From NCBI GenBank assembly GCA_965261545.1, contig CBDHDF010000010.1, positions 864,001-928,000 on the forward strand: a DNA stretch of 64,000 nucleotides, in the 5' to 3' direction. The position numbers and the translations under genes are program-made. Of the stretch, positions 60,602 through 64,000 are shown in pieces. Numbering within the stretch: the first letter of the stretch is position 1; each line of letters starts with the position of its first letter. The stretch comes from Bdellovibrionales bacterium (GTDB lineage: Bacteria; Bdellovibrionota; Bdellovibrionia; Bdellovibrionales; UBA1609). The notes under the pieces are model-generated. The model was not told where the DNA came from. It saw only the letters and a program-made list of their open reading frames with translations, and made no database searches.

Positions 60602-62359
60602 TCAGAGATGACTACCATTGGGGCCACCACCACTGGGGCAAAGATGCGTCATATTATTTTGCAACAAAGCCAATTGGGTCTGTTGATGCCACTGTTCATT
60701 TTGAAGAAAAATCATTTGTAATTTTTCATTCAGGTAGATATCTCTGTAGCGAATATAGTCCTCAAATTCTAAGGAACCATTTTGGAACAACCTTCTGGCC
60801 TCTCTAATTTGCTGGTCGTAGAGTTTCATCTTTTGACGGCTCATATTGAGTCTCTCACGGGATGACTTTAAGCTCGCTAAAAAGTGAGCCTGCTGCTCAG
60901 TGACTTCCTCCAGGATACGCTGCCTGTTTTGGATGGCCATATCTCTTTCATATTGAGCTTTGGCCACCATGGCTCCCCGGGTTTTATTAATAAGAGGCCA
61001 CTCCATGTTCAACCCAAAAATGATATAGTTTTCACTTTGTTTGCTGGTTTGAGCTTGAAGAAATGGGGCCCCATGGTTTCTATGCCCTAAGGTCCACTGA
61101 AAATCCATCTGATTTCTTGCTGACTCCTTGGATATGTTGAGCTTACTTTCGCTAGAGAAAACCCTTTGCTCCCCTTGTTGATAGGCCAAGGACTCCCTCG
61201 GTGAAGAGGGACTCTTAAATTCCAATGTCTGAAAAATGGACTTTGGGTTGACAAATTGAAAAGAGGGAGAAGAAGGGAAAGAAGGCTTTGTCATCGAAAT
61301 AAGATGAGAAATAGGCGTGAACAAAGATTGAACTCGTTGGTCATAGTTCTTTTGGGCAAGGGATGTTTGCCCCTCAATTCTTAGGCGATCCGCTCTCGCT
61401 GAAAGGATATCAATTTTCCGTAACATTTTCTTTTTGTAAGATCTTTCACTAATTTGCAGAGTTTTCTTGGCATCCTTGAGCATTTCCTCAAGAATACGAA
61501 GATTTTGTTGTGAGTGGTAGGCATTTATGAAAAGCTTTGTTCCCGTGTAACAGCTTTCCAGTGCTTGATTTTGATGTCGTAGTTGGCTGAGCCTCAATTC
61601 AGATTTGGCTTGGCTTTGTATTTCGAGGTCCAGCCGCCCCAAAAAGTTTTTCATTAACTCCTGTCGAACAGACAAAGAGTACTCATCCCCCATCCCCATA
61701 GAGCTGGAGGTGTTTGCCATATGCTTGATGGCACTCCATTGCGCCCTTGTCCCAGAGGGCCACTTTTGCGTCAAACCTCCCTGTAAACGAGTTGTTGTCC
61801 TTTGAAGAGTGCCCCTGGCTTGACGACCATTATCATAGGCCAGGGAGGGAGATAGGGTCCATTGGCTTTGGTAAAGATCACTGGCCTTATCTAGATCACT
61901 CTGGGAAACCTTCACTTGAAGGTCCGCATTTTTGAGGTATTCATCATAGGAGAGATAAAGAGAAAGGTATTTTATCAATTCCATGGGGCCTGTAAATTCC
62001 ATGGTCCTTTCTATGGCCGCTGTGGTCTCTACAGTCTCTGAGGTCTTTGTGATCCGCCTTGAAACTTTGTCGTCACTTGAGGAGCTTCGCTCTGCGCTGG
62101 ACCAAGCTATAGGAATAAAGGGACCATAAAAAATGCCAAAGAAGAACCCTAGAAACAAGAAGCCGCACAAGGTGAACTTCAGAGAAGCTGTCCACAACAA
62201 AGCAGGGGATGGGCAATAACGGTTCACTCTGCTATACTTACTATACCCTGCTATACTTGTTATCCTGTTATAATTGATGCTCAACATACAGTGAGCGCTC
62301 CAAACCTCCCTGGATAGTGTATACAGGGTATGAATTGCCTGTGAGAACAAGCTCTCCAA
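60602..62359 (-). CDS. TolC-family outer membrane protein (true start probably downstream)
   Basis: Helical/beta repeat pattern including LTQKWPSGT, LSVRQELMKN, DILSA and GLNMEWPL; upstream of the RND gene. Confidence 0.8.
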   Translation of the reverse strand: MESLFSQAIHTLYTLSREVWSAHCMLSINYNRITSIAGYSKYSRVNRYCPSPALLWTASLKFTLCGFLFLGFFFGIFYGPFIPIAWSSAERSSSSDDKVSRRITKTSETVETTAAIERTMEFTGPMELIKYLSLYLSYDEYLKNADLQVKVSQSDLDKASDLYQSQWTLSPSLAYDNGRQARGTLQRTTTRLQGGLTQKWPSGTRAQWSAIKHMANTSSSMGMGDEYSLSVRQELMKNFLGRLDLEIQSQAKSELRLSQLRHQNQALESCYTGTKLFINAYHSQQNLRILEEMLKDAKKTLQISERSYKKKMLRKIDILSARADRLRIEGQTSLAQKNYDQRVQSLFTPISHLISMTKPSFPSSPSFQFVNPKSIFQTLEFKSPSSPRESLAYQQGEQRVFSSESKLNISKESARNQMDFQWTLGHRNHGAPFLQAQTSKQSENYIIFGLNMEWPLINKTRGAMVAKAQYERDMAIQNRQRILEEVTEQQAHFLASLKSSRERLNMSRQKMKLYDQQIREARRLFQNGSLEFEDYIRYRDIYLNEKLQMIFLQNEQWHQQTQLALLQNNMTHLCPSGGGPNGSHL

Positions 62360-62870
62360 CAGATTCAGTTGCCTCTTCTGTCAAACGCAATTCCCAAATA
62401 TACTCTATCACATCCAGACAAACATTGTGAGTGTGATCAACAAGAGCCACTGTTGTTTGAAGCCCCCCAAGTTCTGTTTTGTATGGCTTCTCAGCCTCTA
62501 GGCTCCCCTCTCCATGGAGACTCGTTCCATCTGCTAAGCCCATATCACTATTCAAGCCTTGAATTTCTTGGATGCGAGCAAGAAACTCCTTGGAGCCACA
62601 CGCCGTTTCTCTCACTCCAAAAATTTGAAAATGCATTTCCCTGCCATTATCTAAAATAATATGCAACCCTGTGGGTTGATCGACTTGATCTCGTTGCGTC
62701 AGGGTCACTTTCGCTCTCTCTGTGTCCGCATAGATACCTAAACAACCTACCTCCGCTTTCATTAATGACTCACTAATGGGGCGCTCCCAGCCTTCTAGGA
62801 CCACTGCGTAAATATTTAAAGAAAAAAATGTTACTGTAGATATAACCATTGAAATCATCACTTTTTTCAT
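62268..62870 (-). CDS. Hypothetical secreted protein
   Basis: SD AAGGAGG and signal peptide MKKVMISMVIST...IYA. Confidence 0.8.
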   Translation of the reverse strand: MKKVMISMVISTVTFFSLNIYAVVLEGWERPISESLMKAEVGCLGIYADTERAKVTLTQRDQVDQPTGLHIILDNGREMHFQIFGVRETACGSKEFLARIQEIQGLNSDMGLADGTSLHGEGSLEAEKPYKTELGGLQTTVALVDHTHNVCLDVIEYIWELRLTEEATESVGELVLTGNSYPVYTIQGGLERSLYVEHQL

Positions 62871-63159
62871 AATTCCCTCCTTTCTCTGAATCTAAGTAAG
62901 ACCATCATAATATCGTCTTATATAGATATAGCTTTATATAGCCTTTATTAAAATTATTGTTTCGTTGTTATTAAAAAATCAAACCTTCTGTTGCCACCAC
63001 TTTTTCACCACCCATCTTGGCCACATGAAACAAGCTACACCCAATGACTCATTAATAAAAATTATTAATCTTGAGTTAGATTGATTAGAAATACTAATCG
63101 AAAATGGAGGACCTTAGTCGAGTGGGGTCGGATCGGGCAAGGGTAGAGTGGTAGAGTTG

Positions 63160-63753
63160 CTACTTCGTTTTTTCTTTGGAAGACCTTTTGAGCCTCTTAA
63201 TCCTTTTACGTCTCTTAGACTTCTTGAGTCTCTTCATCTTTTTAAGCTTTTTTGTGGATGATATTTCTCTAGAAGGTCTCTTTCCCTTCCTTTTTGTAAC
63301 CTTCAAAGACCTTTTGGAGCGATTCTTCGCAACTCTCTTTCTCACAACTCTCTTTCTCACAACTTTCTTTCTAGAGAGTTTCTTCCTTGATGATGATCCC
63401 CCTGGACTCTTTAACTCACGCCCCTTGAGCCCTTGGAGACGACCTAGCATATCCTTCTTAAAAAAAGGAGAACCTTTATCGAGCCTTTCCCTTGAAACAA
63501 AGGGCATTTGAGGCTGCCCATTGTAGCCATCATACTTTTGAGGGGCCATGGGGCGGACCCCACCCTCCCAACTTTTGAGAAGGGGGTGAACTTGAGAGCT
63601 TGCCTCCCCCAATACTTCTTGTTCAAAATTCTGCTCCAATGACTGAGCCCTCAGGTGACCCCCACCTGAGAATGCACTTCCTACTATGGTAAAACCTATC
63701 CCAAAAGATAAGAAAATAAACTTGCAGCCCATACTCTTTCTATTATCTCTCAA
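63160..63753 (-). CDS. Hypothetical exported protein with a Lys/Arg-rich C-terminal tail
   Basis: Hydrophobic N-terminus; the last ~75 aa are dominated by K/R with RKRVV repeats. Confidence 0.7.
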   Translation of the reverse strand: MRDNRKSMGCKFIFLSFGIGFTIVGSAFSGGGHLRAQSLEQNFEQEVLGEASSQVHPLLKSWEGGVRPMAPQKYDGYNGQPQMPFVSRERLDKGSPFFKKDMLGRLQGLKGRELKSPGGSSSRKKLSRKKVVRKRVVRKRVAKNRSKRSLKVTKRKGKRPSREISSTKKLKKMKRLKKSKRRKRIKRLKRSSKEKTK

Positions 63754-64000
63754 AAACCCTCAAATGTGTGGTCCAGAGTTGAAAGTCGGATGAGAGTCGG
63801 ACTTAAATCCCAAAAGATGAAAAACAGGGCCAAAACCTCAAATATTGAGATTATAAGCTAAAATCCAGAGTATTGAGATATAAAACCAAATTAATAGCAG
63901 GCCAAACTAAAGCCTACGGTGTTGAGACATGGGAATTTGCTGACGAACTTTCTGCACAAGACAAGGGTCAAGTTCAAGGCTTAAAGTTCCCGGCCCTTCA

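Overview
This is a 64-kb, gene-dense bacterial chromosome segment. Gene content points to a Bdellovibrionota (Bdellovibrio-like predator) genome; that placement is an inference. Core genes: tmk (partial), Trp 2,3-dioxygenase, sodB, fadD, a bamA-skp-fabZ-lpxA-lpxB-lpxK operon, rluB, dsbD, a two-subunit methylmalonyl-CoA mutase split across 19 kb, acyl-CoA dehydrogenase, a Na+/solute symporter, RNase P RNA, LysR, a PEP synthase regulatory protein, a REC-GGDEF cyclase, elbB, menF/menD, pepP, proC, RND + TolC, and two TonB-dependent receptors (one frameshifted in a poly-C tract). A compact 'hit'-like locus lies at 17.8-23.2 kb: MinD/CpaE-TadA fusion, TadB, an RHS/YD protein and a small Bd0108-like secreted protein. 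Two accessory hotspots (13.4-16.25 kb and 49.4-53.55 kb) are built around three near-identical Rpn (PD-(D/E)XK) alleles: one intact, one split by an IS4 element with perfect 18-bp IRs and a 10-bp TSD, and one orphan 3' fragment. All three keep a candidate internal SD+ATG that could make variable C-terminal antitoxin-like proteins, and the two loci share non-coding flanking modules. Many housekeeping enzymes carry in-frame inserts derived from short tandem duplications. I saw no CRISPR array, tRNA or rRNA.
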